64,000 nt of DNA from Guillardia theta CCMP2712 (taxonomy: Eukaryota > Protista > Cryptophyta): NCBI RefSeq assembly GCF_000315625.1, contig NW_005434664.1, positions 1-64,000 of the forward strand, given 5' to 3'. This document shows positions 7,215-23,973 of this stretch, piece after piece. Made by a program: the position numbers and the translations under genes. The notes beneath the pieces are model-generated. The model saw nothing but the letters and a program-made list of their open reading frames with translations. It had not been told where the DNA came from and searched no databases. Positions within the stretch are counted from its first letter, which is position 1; each line of letters opens with the position of its first letter.

Positions 7215-10200
7215 ATGAAATTCTTTAGCGAGAGTCGTAGACGAAGAGAGGTGTCGATGGCACGATAACAGAGTGACTGTGGAGGTTGATCGAAGAAGAG
7301 GGGATGGACATTCGATCACGTCAAAGTTTTTGGGTTAGAGTTGTTTGTACAGCCATCCTTTTTGTTGTAGCAGTTTGCTTCGTTATTTGCAATAATGCAG
7401 AAAAGCGTAGCACGATATCAAACCTTATCTCAACAGTGTACACCAATGGTGAACTGGTAAGAGACAATGATCTGGACGCGACATTCATCTCAAAAATTCG
7501 AGGGGAAGTTTTGAGCATAGCTCCGTACAAGGAAGGGGCCATAAACTTCTCAGCAGACCCCTGCGACAATTTTTACGAATTTGCATGTGGACAATGGATC
7601 GAAAACACTTCTATCCCGAAAGAAAAGGTAATCATGGAACTATCAGAATTCGCTCTGACACACTCACCAGGCTTCAATCTCCATGATCTGGGACGCAGCA
7701 GAGGATGAGATTGTGCGAGAGATGAACGACCTGATGACGTCTGATGGTCATGATGGTGACGATGCCCAGAGACGCCTAAGAGCTTATTACAAGGCTTGTA
7801 TGAATGTCTCCTTGCTCGATTCTCTAGGCGTGGATCCGTTGCGATTTCTCTTGAACCTGGCAGATAGCATTCAGAGTGTACAAGACGTGCGAGAAGTTAT
7901 ATCTATCCTTCAAGCTTGGAACTTCGACACCTTGATTTCATTGAGTGTCGAACCAGATTCGGCAAACCATTCGAGATACGCTTTACTAATCCGCTCTAGT
8001 GGCCTCAGTCTACCTGACTTCTCTTGGTATGAAGTGATTCCAGGTTCGCCTTTACAGACGCCAAACAATTCACAACCAGACGCCGCATGGAAATTGCAAG
8101 TGATTCAAACACTGGCTAACGACATCAAGAGGATGAACATGCTTGCGGGCTACAGCGAAAACGAAGCTGAACAAGCCGTCAAAGATACCTTCGAGATTGA
8201 GTTGCAATTAGCCAGCATCCTTTCGAAGGAACCGTTTGGTAACATTTTCCTGATAATTCTACACAATCGTTCACTTGACTCCACTGGGTGATAAACAGAC
8301 AAGTATTTGAAAGAAAATCCTGGCGGACTCCCCAATATTGATGTGATGGAATTGCTCAAGATATGTCCAAATTTGCCATGGAAAACAATATTTGATCTGG
8401 TACAAATATTGAGATGTGACGATCACAATTTTGACGCATTGTCATGTAGATTGAATCTCAGTGCCTGAAGTCCCATTTCTCTTGTCTCAATATTGATACG
8501 CTGCAATCAGCAGGGAAAATTATCAACATCAATACACCATTCTACATTGCTCAAATTTCAGAAATGATTCAGCAAACCGATCCGAAGCTGTGGACTACTT
8601 ACTTTAGGACGCACTTGCTTCGTCACTGGGCGCCTGTCCTGAGCAGGTAGTGGATATAGTCCCTTGTTTCGATGCTTGATTGGCTCCGATTCTAGCGCCT
8701 TTTTTGAGCAGCATGTCAAGACCGCACGCGCCATCACAGGAGTCAAAACTGCACCACCTCGTTGGTAACGTTTTAGTTCACAACTCTCATTCGGATTAAC
8801 ATCATCCCTGTTAACTACAGGGAGAAGTGCACAAAAGCTACAATGAATGCTCTGCCTGCTGAAACAAATTACGTTTTCAATCAGCATTATGTCAGTCAGG
8901 TAAAACAATCGAAGTTTCCACGCTAAAATTCACAATGCACAATTACTTAGGGAACCTTGAGAAATGCATCCGTATTGTTGAAGAATGTCAAGCAAGTTGT
9001 ATTGCGTCGTGCATGAATCCAAACATTGATAATTTTCGCAGGCATTTATGCAAAATCTCAAAACGGTCGATTGGTTGGACGAAAAGACAAGTTCAGCTGC
9101 TATCCGAAAGGCAGAGCATATAGGATATCACGTTGGTGGACCAAAATGGTTATTTCACACCAACTTCAGTGTGCTTGAAGACACGTACTTCAACAATTCT
9201 TTACATTCGGCACGAGACATGTTGTTGCGAAGCGTAAGAACACCCTTGTTTCTCTTGGAACATTCCATTCTAGTACAGTAAGTCATTTGAGTGTAGCTAT
9301 TTCGTCTCTGGCAACCTGTTGACAAAGAAGAGTGGAAGTTGCTATGTATGGCTGACACTCTTGGAATGCGTTCTGAATCTATTGCAGCAACATCCGTCAA
9401 TGCGGTCTACGTGAAATTTTCTAATTCAATTTTTGTTCCCGCTGGTGTCCTACAGCCTCCGTTCTTCGACAATGCATACAGCCTTGCTGTTGTTTATGGA
9501 GGACTGGGTTCAGTCATTGGACATGAAATTACTCATGGATTTGATGTAAATGGCGCAAAATATGACGAGGACGCGAATAGAAAGAATTGGTGGACAGATG
9601 TTGTGAAGCAACTCTTTGACAACAAGGTGTAATGCAAGGGCCATACTCTCTCTAACGCGAATGAACAGACTGAATGTCTTCGAAAATTGTACGCAAACTT
9701 TGAAATTGCAGGTCTGGTAATATTCAGACGTGGGTTGATAAGTTGATATTCGACAGGGTCGAAGGTGGATGGTCAACTCACGCTCGGTGAGAATATGGCG
9801 GATCACGGAGGCCTCAAAGTGTCGCTCGATGCATTTCTTGAGTCAGTTAAAGAAGCTCCCCCATGCTCATGCGATGTGGAGTCTCTGATTCGCGTCTTCT
9901 TCATCTCCTACGCTCAGGTAAGAGGGGCAGATGCTCAAGAGCAGCTGATAGAGAAGCTAATGCTGCTCAGCTCTGGTGCACCAAATCGCATCCTGGCCAG
10001 GCGAAGGTGAACGCCATAACGGACAAGCACGCACCTCTTCCCTTTAGAGCCAACGGAGCTGTTTCTCAGAACAGCAAGTTTGCAGAAGTGTTCAGGTGAG
10101 ACTTAGCTAGAACGATTTGGCTAAACAATCTGAGCAGGTGCAAGCAAGGAGCAGCCATGAATCCGATACACAAGTGCAGCGTGTGGCGCGACTCCCAGGT

Positions 10201-10228
10201 CTCGCAGACAACCTCTTCGCTGTGCTGA
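7215..10228 (+). CDS. M13 family zinc metallopeptidase (neprilysin/ECE-like), type II membrane protein
   Basis: N-terminal [25 protein letters not shown] (HExxH), GENMADHGG and C-terminal [10 protein letters not shown]. Confidence 0.93.
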
Positions 10229-10351
10229 CTTCCTCTCAGACAGAGGTGCTGGCTCAAGATGGTATGTAGATTGTTAAATATTTCTGTAAATCATTTTCAA
10301 AGCCCCCCCTTACTGGCAAGAAATAGTCCAGGTTGGCCGAGATCTCAACAT

Positions 10352-13531
<3,180 letters not shown>

Positions 13532-14048
13532 GACCTCAAGTTGGATGCAGTCTTTGATTTGTATGCTTATCTACCTATTTCATATGATTCAATGAAACCA
13601 GACATCATTTCTTCGACATTTCGTGTCAGAATTTCAATCTCGCATCGCACATTCCCTTCGCGTGCTCTCGTCTTCTTGCTCACGCGTTCTTTACTGCAAG
13701 CTCCTTCCACATTGCGACTATCCGAAGCAGCCCGCCTCAAGATTTGTTGCAAGCAAGAATTTGAAATTTTGGTGATTAACATTGTGAATTTTCCTATCTT
13801 GTTTTAAAGAATTCCCCAACAGATCTGTGAATAATCAAATCGAATTTTCTCTGTGGGTTCCCAGGCTTCACAAGTTTTCACTAAGTACCAACGATTCAGT
13901 TACTCACAAGCTAACATTTCAAATTTATTGATTAATATCAAATATATTCTATGATTAGCAATTCCAAACACCGCAGTACGGTATTTCCACCTCTCCTGGG
14001 GTTGTACGCGTCATGCAGGAGGCGCTCGCTAGTGGGGGAAGAGAAGAT

Positions 14049-17000
14049 ATGTCAGCAAGACCATGGCCTGCTCGTTCCTCTTCTCTTCTCCTCGCAGCTT
14101 TTCTGGCGGTCTGTGACGTCAGTAGGTTCGAAAAGATGAACTCACTCTTATGCCGTAGGCTCAAGTGTCCATGTTTCCAGCACATGCCCACCCAATGAGA
14201 GAAAGGCTGGGAACAGGAAAGGTGAACGCAAGCAAACTGCACTTTCCTCTCAGGAACCCCAAGCTATCTCGAAAATCAAGAGCAAACAAGGTATTATCTA
14301 CCATGAATACTCTCATCTGGCTAACAGTTTCATAATTGAAGAATCCAACGCACTGGGGGCTTCTGGCAGACGCAGGAGCTGTGAATCCTGGTCTTCCTCA
14401 GGGTTGGACGGAAATGAAGGATCCGATCACGTAAAATCAAATGTAAACCATTTCCGACAACAGCTTGATGATTCTTTGCCTGCAGGCATCAATCCTACTA
14501 CTACAACGCGGATAACAGCGTGGCAACTTGGACAATGTGAGTCATTGCGTTCTTCCAGAATCGTGCTGATCATCTGCTGTAACAATGACAACCATGTGAC
14601 AGCCCTCAACCTGATATGATTTCTACCATCAAAGAGTGCAAAGATAACGACATCCACACTTCTTACACGAGCTGTGATGAGTCAACCTCGACGAGGTGAG
14701 GGATCTCACTGGCCGTACATTCAAATTGAATTGACAGTGTTTCAAAGGTCTCTGACGTACTTCTATTCCGCTCTTTGCAAGAAAGGAAAGGCACTCCCTC
14801 CTACAGTTGTTAATCTCCCGTGCAACATCACATGCAACGCCGGACAATACCTGCCACTGGGCAAGCCCACTTGTTCACCGTGCGAACCCGGTACCTACTC
14901 TATTGGTGGAGGAGAAAAGTACATGAACTGGGAATCTTTCCCTCCTGGTAATTCTTCTATCCATCGTATTCCATTCCCAACCATCTTTGAGATGGAGTCA
15001 ATAATGATCCTCACAGGGTTTTCCACCAGCTGCAAATTTCAGTTGGAAGCAGACAACGACCAAACCTGCAATGGGTCAACTATACCGATTAAGGGGTTCA
15101 CGTTGATGTGATATGATATTCAGGTGGGTTTTGAATGGTACATATATTCATTCCGGGGAGCTCCGCGGAAAGCGTCTTGTTGATTCAACCCTGACAATGA
15201 AAGTGGAGCTCATAAGAAGTGGATCTGTCACGTTCGAGTATAAGGTAACGTTTTACTGAATCTTGTTTTGAAACAATGATCGTGTCCTTTTTAGGTTGAT
15301 GCTGAACGCCGCTGGGATGGTCTATACTTCGCGGTGGATGGCGAGACAGTGATGCAAATGGATTCCTACGAATTCAAGTACACCCAGTTCACCTGGCCAC
15401 TTGCAGCTGGGCTGCACACTTTGCAATGGGTCTATCACAAAGACGTTGCATACGAGATGGGAGAAGATCGTGCAAGGATCAGATCTGTACAGGCAAGTGC
15501 ACGCAGTGATGCCAAGAATGCAACTTGATTGAAAATTTTGGTTGTAAAAGGTTATTGGAATGCAATACAACACGGAAACTTGCTCAGTCTGCCCAAAGGG
15601 ACACTACAGGTGATGTTACTGTTCTTGCTGTAAAGAAATCTGGCTAGGTGATTTTCCTGATTTTGTGTCCAGCCCCCCTGGAAGTGCTGAGTGCCTTAAG
15701 TGTCCAGTCAATACATATGCTGACAAATCCGGGACGGCTTCTTGCTTGCCGTGTAATCCAGTTGGAGGCCATGACTCTGCTAAATACTCACTTCCCGGAG
15801 CTGTCCAGTGCAAGGTACTTGTGCTGCATTTGAAAGTACTCTCTTTCACCGCGTTGTCAGCCCGCCAAGCCCTGTGTGGAGACCGACATTTTGGTCACCT
15901 ATAGTGAATGCAATAATGGAAAGCGTACGAAGCATGAGTCTTACGTGGAGGTTTTACCTTTGACGGGCTTGTCTACGTTTGTAAAAGAATTTCCAGCCTA
16001 AGATATGCAGTGGTGGTGTCCAACCTAAGCCAGACAAGGAGGTAACACTCTTTGAAAATTCATGCTGAGTTCTAAGTCGAGATTAGGTCGAGTGTTCTCC
16101 ATGTGATAGGGGAGAATATCGCCAGGGAGCTGTGTGCAATTACTGCCCAGCGGGCAAGTACAATCCCAATCCAACAAGGAGTGGAATCGATGTTGTACAT
16201 ATGTCTATGAGATTGATTTTCCTGAGTATTTGGTGAAAGGTCTGCAAATCATGTCCTAAAGGCTTTGTTGCATTGAAGGTACAGCCTCAGTTGACACGTA
16301 CAAGATTCCTTGATCATTTGTGGCAGCTACGATATTACGACCAGCAATTCACCCCTGCGATGTTCAAACGGTTCAAAGAAAACTACATTGGCGTTCCCTG
16401 AATCGTATTTTAGCTACCTTGAAAGAGGAGAAATGCAAACGGGTTGCGCGAATGGCTTTTGTGCACAGAATGGCTGGCGAGCGCTGGGATCTAGTTTAGA
16501 CACTGGTACGTTCAACACTAAGAAAGCTTCCTTTTATGCTTCTTTGTCAGGGGTTGGCAATGGAGATGTTGCAGATATTTGGCTTTCAGTGCGTGTTGTG
16601 TTAGAGACTACAGGGCAGGTGTTCTTCAACTACAGGTAATTGCATGCTCATTCTTGCAATTCCTGCATTCGCCATTGAAAGTTTGCAGTACGCGTGTGAG
16701 AAATTCAGAAAACCGACTCCAATTTTTCGTGGATGATGATCGCATATGGGGTGTTGAAACTCAGCAGGTGATAGATTCTTCTTTGCATCGAGTCGATGAC
16801 CTGTGGTGTAAGCTTTATGCTTATGAAGACAGCGGCTATGAGTCCACGGTGACAATTATCTTGACTTAGCCTTTTAGCCTTGCTTATTCTTCGAATTTTA
16901 GGCTACCAGTGGATTTGAGAGTCGCTTCACATTCGCTGCTGATGTCGATCGTATGTGATGGGCTAGAGGGGAAGCTTAGATGGATTTCAGGTGCCCCCCG

Positions 17001-18788
17001 GGTCGCATGTTCTCACATGGGTATTCCACAAAGAACGCGAGTACTCGTGGATGGAAGGCGATGCCAACTCGCAGGCTGCAAAAGAGGTCGAAATAGATTT
17101 CATTCACTTTCCCTCACTCAAATCAATTAATTTCTGCAGGACAGGGCAGTGATCGATTCTATTGTGGTAAGATAGGTTTGAAACACGCGGAAGGCCTTGA
17201 ATGATATCTCCGTAGGTCACTGGCGTCCAAGACGGCGGAGCCATTGAATGTGTCGCTTGTCCGCCCGGCTTTGTGTCAGATGAGCAGGCCTCCATCTGTG
17301 CACCTTGTCCCCCTGGGCAATTCGCTGCGGGCGGAGGATCCTCGTGTGCACCTTGTACAGCGGGAACTTTCACTGCCACTCCAGGATCGAGCTCCTGCAG
17401 ATTGTGTGGGCATGGAACCTTCAGCCACATCGGCGCCGCTTCCTGCGATGTCTCACCAACTAACTGCCGGTACACGGTTGATGACGAGACCATCTACGAC
17501 CTTGGAGAATTAGCGCGAGTTGGAAAGCCAATGTGGGGGCCAGTGGTGGACAGCAACAACAGCATGAACTATTACATCAACATTTGTAGTCAAAGCCATG
17601 CGAATGGAACTTGCGCGGTCTGACGTTACATTATTGCTTTTGAGATATCTGAATTGTTTCCAGGGGAGAGGAGGAGACGCTGCCAGATCATTTGCTTGTC
17701 AAGAGAGCACGCTCTTCGACGATTTCAATGACAATGCTTTTGCTGTGAGGTCGGTTCTCTGTTTCCTCTGAACTTTTGTTGGTTGTCACCCAATTGATTT
17801 CTATGCAAGTCGACTTCATGTGTTACAATCTGATCAAGTTCCTGACTGCAACGATAGCCTCGGTGATACCATGGCATTTTACACCCTACCGCAACGACCT
17901 CGCAATGGGTTAATGGTTTCTATACAGGTTTCAGCTGCCTTCTTCACATATGCATGCTGAACTTGCTTGCTCAGGGTGGAGAAAAGTGTTGGAATGGAGG
18001 CACACGATCGTTGAACATCACGATGTACTGCGACCCTGAAGCTGGACCTGGTCTTTCTTGAGTGTTGCGGTTGTCTCATCTTATCTTATCGCAGGCTTTC
18101 CATCTCTCATTCCTGGAATGCCAGTCGAACAGAAGAAATGTGGATATGCTTTGCAATGGCGATCGCAGGTGAAGTGATTCTTGTCTCGTTTGCAGCTCAC
18201 AGTGGCCTAGTATGCTTGTCCTTTGTGCACAAATGAAGACATGCGAACACTGCCTGGGGAATGCTCAGTCACTGGAAAGAGACCAGTGCACATGGTGTGG
18301 AAAGAACCCAAGGTTTGTCATGGTAAGACAACTCCAATCTTGCATTTACCTTTGAAAAGTTGTCGTCTTCCTCAGCTTGACATGTTATGACGAAAGGTGG
18401 ACTGGATCTCCCTGAAGTGATCTACGAAGATTGTCAAGCTGTCTTGCTTGACAAGTCAAAGGTGAGTTCATGGGCGTTCGTCTTTGCTGGCTCAGACTGA
18501 TGTAGGTGACAATGATCATCGTATCGGGGGTCTCGGTGTTTGGAATCCTCTTAACAGGATTGATATATCTATACTTCCGCAACAGGAAGATATATAGGGA
18601 GTACAGCGTGTTGAAGGAACAGGTACAACGATTGTGCGAAAAACTTCATCGCTAACTTAGACATCCAGAACGAAGCAGAGATCGAATTGGACAGAATGGT
18701 AGGCTGAAGATTGAGGTTATTGAACATTCGTTGCACTGACTTGACGGGCCGGGTGCAGGCTGGTTTCTCACTGGACGAAGATCACTGA
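14049..18788 (+). CDS. KIAA1324/ELAPOR (UPF0577)-like Cys-rich type I membrane protein with an MRH-like domain
   Basis: Signal peptide MSARPWPARSSSLLLLAAFLA, CNITCNAGQY..CSPCEPGTYSIGGG..W..FPPG, many CxxCPxGxF repeats, YDLGEL..YYINIC (MRH-like), TM near 18510-18575 and a short acidic tail. Confidence 0.8.
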
Positions 18789-19189
18789 TCTGCCGCTGCT
18801 GCGGCTCTCATTCAATGTAATGTAATAACTGAGTAAATTCGTCTCTACCGCTGTTCCCGTTGGCACCAGTCACTGAGTCAGATGAAACATCCGTGGGGCC
18901 GGGCAGTAGTAACGGGTGAGTAACGTAAAGCCACTTGCCACCAAAAGGGTGCGCCTCACCTTGGCTCTTTTACACCTGATCAAGGGTCGTTGCTGACTCG
19001 CACGAGCTGCCCCAAAAACTGTGAAAGAGAGCGTTTTGGAACTGAGCTTTCCCGAGAAAAAAAATGTCCCTTTCAAACTAGAGTGTGGAAATCTTTGACG
19101 AGCACAGCGACAGCAGCGGAAGCAGCAGCTTTCAACACCGTCGCACAGTCAGCTCTGTCAGTCTGGTCAACATCGTCGACATAGTCAAC

Positions 19190-19645
19190 ATGGGTAGTGG
19201 GTTGTCTCGATGCGGTTTGCAAGACAAAACCACAGCAGATGCCGCAAAAAACGGGCGAGGAAAGACTTCTCAAGGGGAGCATGTCGACCGAAGAATGAAA
19301 ATTCATGTTTTCAACCATGAACAACCGAAGAAAGCAGGTCATCAACGAGAGATAAAGCATCAGAATCTAGTCAAATTCGAGAAGCAATTCAAGACTGATG
19401 AATCTGCCTCATCGATCTCTCGCAGTCCTTCATGCCCTATGCAGGTGCAAGCGCCTATTTCTCCTTGTTGCACAAGGGGGGAAGCAGATCAACGGGATTT
19501 ATGGCCGAGGAGGTCACCATCGCGACCTCCGGTCAGCTTCTGCAATCTGAATCAACGTCGAAGGAACATGGAAGCTCAGCTGGCTCAGGAGGAGCTGATC
19601 CTTGCAGTGCTGCAAAACTCCAGGAGAGAGATCCCCTCATACTGA
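19190..19645 (+). CDS. Small hypothetical protein, putatively N-myristoylated, with a UIM-like C-terminal helix
   Basis: First ATG gives MGSGLSRC. C-terminus reads AQEELILAVLQNSRRE. Confidence 0.45.
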   Translation: MGSGLSRCGLQDKTTADAAKNGRGKTSQGEHVDRRMKIHVFNHEQPKKAGHQREIKHQNLVKFEKQFKTDESASSISRSPSCPMQVQAPISPCCTRGEADQRDLWPRRSPSRPPVSFCNLNQRRRNMEAQLAQEELILAVLQNSRREIPSY

Positions 19646-19753
19646 AACTTCTCCGTGACATCCACTGATGGACTTGGTACTTACCCAAATGGACTTTGTA
19701 AAATATCATATCTAGTAATCCCAATCAATAAATTAATATCAATGCAATCTCTT

Positions 19754-22700
19754 CTACTCCTTGATGAGCTCATCCTGCAGCTTCAACGTCAGCGAATGCA
19801 AATGCTGCCGGACCAAATCACCTCCTCCTCGGAGTACTCTGAATCAGAGACGTCATCTTCTCCAGGTACTTGAACCTGCGCCACCCAACCAGGTCACCGT
19901 GGCACCGCGATCCTTCGAAATAGCAGCATACAGGTGCCCAAATCCTTGGTCTCGGCAAGTCAGGGCGAGTTACGGCAGTTTTCAAGTTTCGGATGTGCAA
20001 GTCTGCCACGTTGAATCTGAAAAAACGTTAGAAAGCCTATCCATGCTCCGTCGGCATCACCCGAAATGCAGAGCCAAGCAAAAGCAGATAAGAAAAATGA
20101 AGGCACTGACGATGATCAGAGCGAGAATGGGCGGACTCCACTCAATACAAATCTGTCTATCGGTGTCAATTCTCAAACATGACATTCTGACCATGTTCAC
20201 AGGTGGCTTTCCGTATGGGAGCTCTGGTGAGAATCCACCGCTATCGCCTGCTGGAGGGGTCAGCCATACAAGCGACCGCGATTCTGAATGACCTGTAGGA
20301 TCTGCAGGAAAGTTTGGACTCGCTGGATTGAGCTCGTAGGTTGTTGGGTGAGATCCATACTCTCCGGTAGAGTTTGCAGAGGGAAGACAAGGGCCCATGA
20401 AGCCATAGGGCGCAAGCCACTTGGGCAGTGGCTGATGGATTGGCAGAGGTCAGTTTGAAATCTGCCAAGGCCAAGAAAACCTGTTTGGTCAAGTCTCCTC
20501 TCGTTCTTGCCCAAGCACTCTCCGTCCCCTTTCTGCAGTGATACATTAACGACAGCTTGTAGCCTAAACCTGGATGAACCTTGACAGTGTCGTTTGTTGC
20601 AGGATGGCGAATTCAGCAGAGCAGTCCAAACAATAATTGTGATTGTCCTTCATACAGGACCTATAAACCAAAAGCAAGGTCGCAATCAGCAATCGTCAAT
20701 TACGATGTAGAATACCAGCATCGTCCATAAAGTTGCTTCGTTCCTAAAAAGGTCTGTTGTCCACCTTTTGACCGTTTTCACACATATTGTTTGTCCATGC
20801 AAGGAACACCTTCAAAACATCTCCCATACCAAAGATCACAAGGACTGACTTGAACGCAGATGCTCTTTCCGATTTGACATCCTCTGTCAAATCAATTTGA
20901 ATCATCTGATTGTACTATGAAGCCTTGCAGGACTTACTGGTAGGTACATCCGTCAATTGTGTTTGATCCATTGCACGCAAAATCTTCAGGCTGACAGTGC
21001 CTGCAGAAGATTCATGAAGATCTTGTTGGAGGATGGCCCACCAGCAATGCCAATTGTACTCCACTTGGCAGGATTGAGAGCATCCGTCCTTGGCCACACC
21101 CTCACGAACTTTATCTTGAGCATTCGTTTCTTACTTACCCCATTTATTTGGTTTCCGTCATCGCATTCCTCCCCAGTGTCTGTCTGTTGCATATTTAGCA
21201 AAAGCAAACTTCATTCTGCTTCTTGTTACCTGTGTCTTGCCGTCTCCACAAATCTTGGATTGTAGTGTCGTGACACCTGACACATGTGATTGCTCAAGCA
21301 AGCCGAGATTCATCGTTCACCATCAATAGATATCGCCCTAAACGTTGTCAAATTGACGCCGCCGGGAAATCCTTCCTGTGAATGTTGAATGTCTCAAACT
21401 AGAACCGCGATATTGGTAGCAAAGCGAGTACTTCTCGCATTAATTGATCCACAATGCCTTGACTAAACTTTTGCGCTGTAGATAGTCAACCCCGATCGGA
21501 TCAGTGGGTAGAGTATCGGCCATTGAATCACATACCGATGAGAGCAACAAGAATTTCACTCTTGGCGTCACTAGCAGTTGACACCCGAACTTTGACCTTC
21601 ACTCTTATGACATTTCGCAGGGAAAATGGATCATTTCTACCTCTACATTATTTGATGCTCGAACAAACCTGCAAACCCTTCAATGTTCGTTGACCCTCGG
21701 TAAATTAAGCTACATGCGCTTGACATAATTTGCGAAGCTGTGCCGAGTGAGCTTTGCATGAAGTGGATAAGATCTCTTCGTCAAAGTCAAACAAAATAAG
21801 AAATATGTGAAGCTCGATTACAGTATCGGTTGCTGTAATGATATCGAGGAATATCTAAAAACCAAGGTGTCATTATTCAAAGGGTAGAAGGTTTCGGGAA
21901 GACGATGGCACCTGCGCGATATCGAGTGCCTTTGCAAGTACACCAAGAAAATGAAACTTCCTCTCCCTATTGAAGCTGACGCCACTTTCTCCGTGAACTG
22001 AAAAGCAGGTAATCAATGAAAATTCACAGAACCCTTTGCTTAACCTAAAATGTTCAGTTCAATGCTAGATCTGACAGGCTCAGGGGTTGTTTCAATGATC
22101 TGTGTAGTTGCTGCTGCAGCTGTTGTTGTGATCTGCTGATTCGTAACAGGTTCGCAGGTTCCAGGGCAACCCATGCATGGCTGTCTATCTGAACATCGAA
22201 ACTGCGTCCTGAGAAATGTGTTATGTAACATTCAAAAGTGTAAATAGTCTTACCGGCATGTTTGATTAATCTTTTGAATGGTTTCGTAATATTTCACTGA
22301 TCCTACAGGCCAGCTCTCCCAGTCTCCCTAAGACCTTCGGTCAGCCGTCCTTGCATGTGAAAGCAACTATGCTTTCACTTTGCACATCTCTGACGCAAGC
22401 ATCTTCTCACAAAATCCGCAACACATCTCAAGAAATCCAATGCCCTAGCATGATAATCAAATTCTGCAGGAGTGTACACTGAGAGCATGCATTCAATGGG
22501 GGCTGAAATGTTTGCTTAATGCCTTGACAGTCTTCGTCTCTGTAGCACATCACATGTTGTCCAAGTGAAACCTCTCCCTTTCGAGATGGTCAGAAAGCTT
22601 TAATCGTTTCTTGGTATGCTCGCTATAACTCACCGGGATGGTCTCATATTCTGGTACCACAACATCAAATTTGGTATCCTGAGAGGGCGTTACATGTCGG

Positions 22701-23742
22701 TAAGAGGCATAAGACATACCGTTGCAAACGTCAAAGTTGTTTGAAACTTCGTTGTATTATCAGCTTTGTTCACGTCGTAAAGGGCAGTCAAACTTAATAT
22801 TGATGCGTATTGATCTATCTTTAATGCCAGAGTTTTTGTCGCCAAACTATCTGGAAACGCATTGCCTGCAAAGTTTGTCATGCTTGTTTCAAGAGGGGAG
22901 GTAGCCTACCCATTTGTGTTAGTTTTGCTGTTATGCATGGAATCAAACCGCATGTTGGATTGGCTGCATCATAGATGAAGTAGCCATACGCAATTGACTT
23001 CCAATCTTTCTGACGAGTGAAAAGGTATCGTGGATTTCTTCGACGAGTCGTCAAACGGTAAATCGGTTCCTCTAGAGGGTACCTGCAACATCTTTCCGTC
23101 CCGCTCGCTCGGTCTGTGATTGAGCTGAAAAAACCATTGGCGTTTGAGCAAATGGCAGTATAGTTGCCAGAACATGTCAGCGTATTCATTCCCTCCTGAG
23201 ATTTTCCTGGCTTTAAAAGACAGTTTCCATCAGATCAGGGCAAACGCAAACCAGGGATGGTCGGAGGATGTTGTTGGCATAAAGGGTAGCATTTGCTTGT
23301 GAGGTCGCGCAAACAGCTTTCAAAAAGAGATCAATCGCTGAGAATCACAAGATTTGATTGGTACAAGTGCGAAACACGCTTGGCTCGCTTATGCCATTTC
23401 TGAATGTCAAAATCAGAAACGTAATGTCAGACGTGCCCCTGTACTTGCAAGCAACGAAACCCGAAGTATCCGTGATACATTCTGTTGGCTTTATCAATGA
23501 AAGTGTGCCTCTACATTTGAGATAAGACCTGCTTCTCCACAGTTTGTGTCGGCATCAAAGTTGGAGTAAACCATCGCTGTTGCTTGGTAGCACCGAAAGG
23601 TGTCTGTAATAGCTGGCTGTAGGTAAGGAAATGTCTGGTCAACGGTGGGCTCAACTGCTGGGAGAAAGAGGAGGAGGGAGAACGTGATGAGTGCGAGAGC
23701 GATCGAGCCATCACGCATGAGGCGAAGCTTCATCTTCACCAT
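19754..23742 (-). CDS. Cys-rich type I membrane protein with a Myxococcus-type cysteine-rich repeat, multi-exon
   Basis: Signal peptide (IALALITFSLLLFLPA), Thr-rich linker, GEECDDGNQING/DGCSQSCQVE, TM ILALIIVSAFIFLICFCLAL and an acidic tail ending DELIKE*. Confidence 0.7.
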
Positions 23743-23973
23743 CGCGCCCGTCTCGCTCTTACTTTCCCTTCCCGCCCATTGCTGCTCAAAAAAAAGAAAT
23801 CATTCAGGGTGATGGGAGAGTGATTTGAGGATGAATCAAACTTGTTTCAAATAGTTCGGTTTCATTTGAAATTATCTTGTGAGCGTAGTCGCTCTATAAA
23901 GGGAGGGCTCGAATGCAAGGACGGTAAAGGACTGACGGGTTGAACAAGTCGAGGAGGTAGCAGCAACTGCGTC

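Noticed and set aside
13567-13782. Short minus-strand ORF upstream of the helicase
   Set aside because: Non-ATG start, short and without a motif. Not supportable as a gene.
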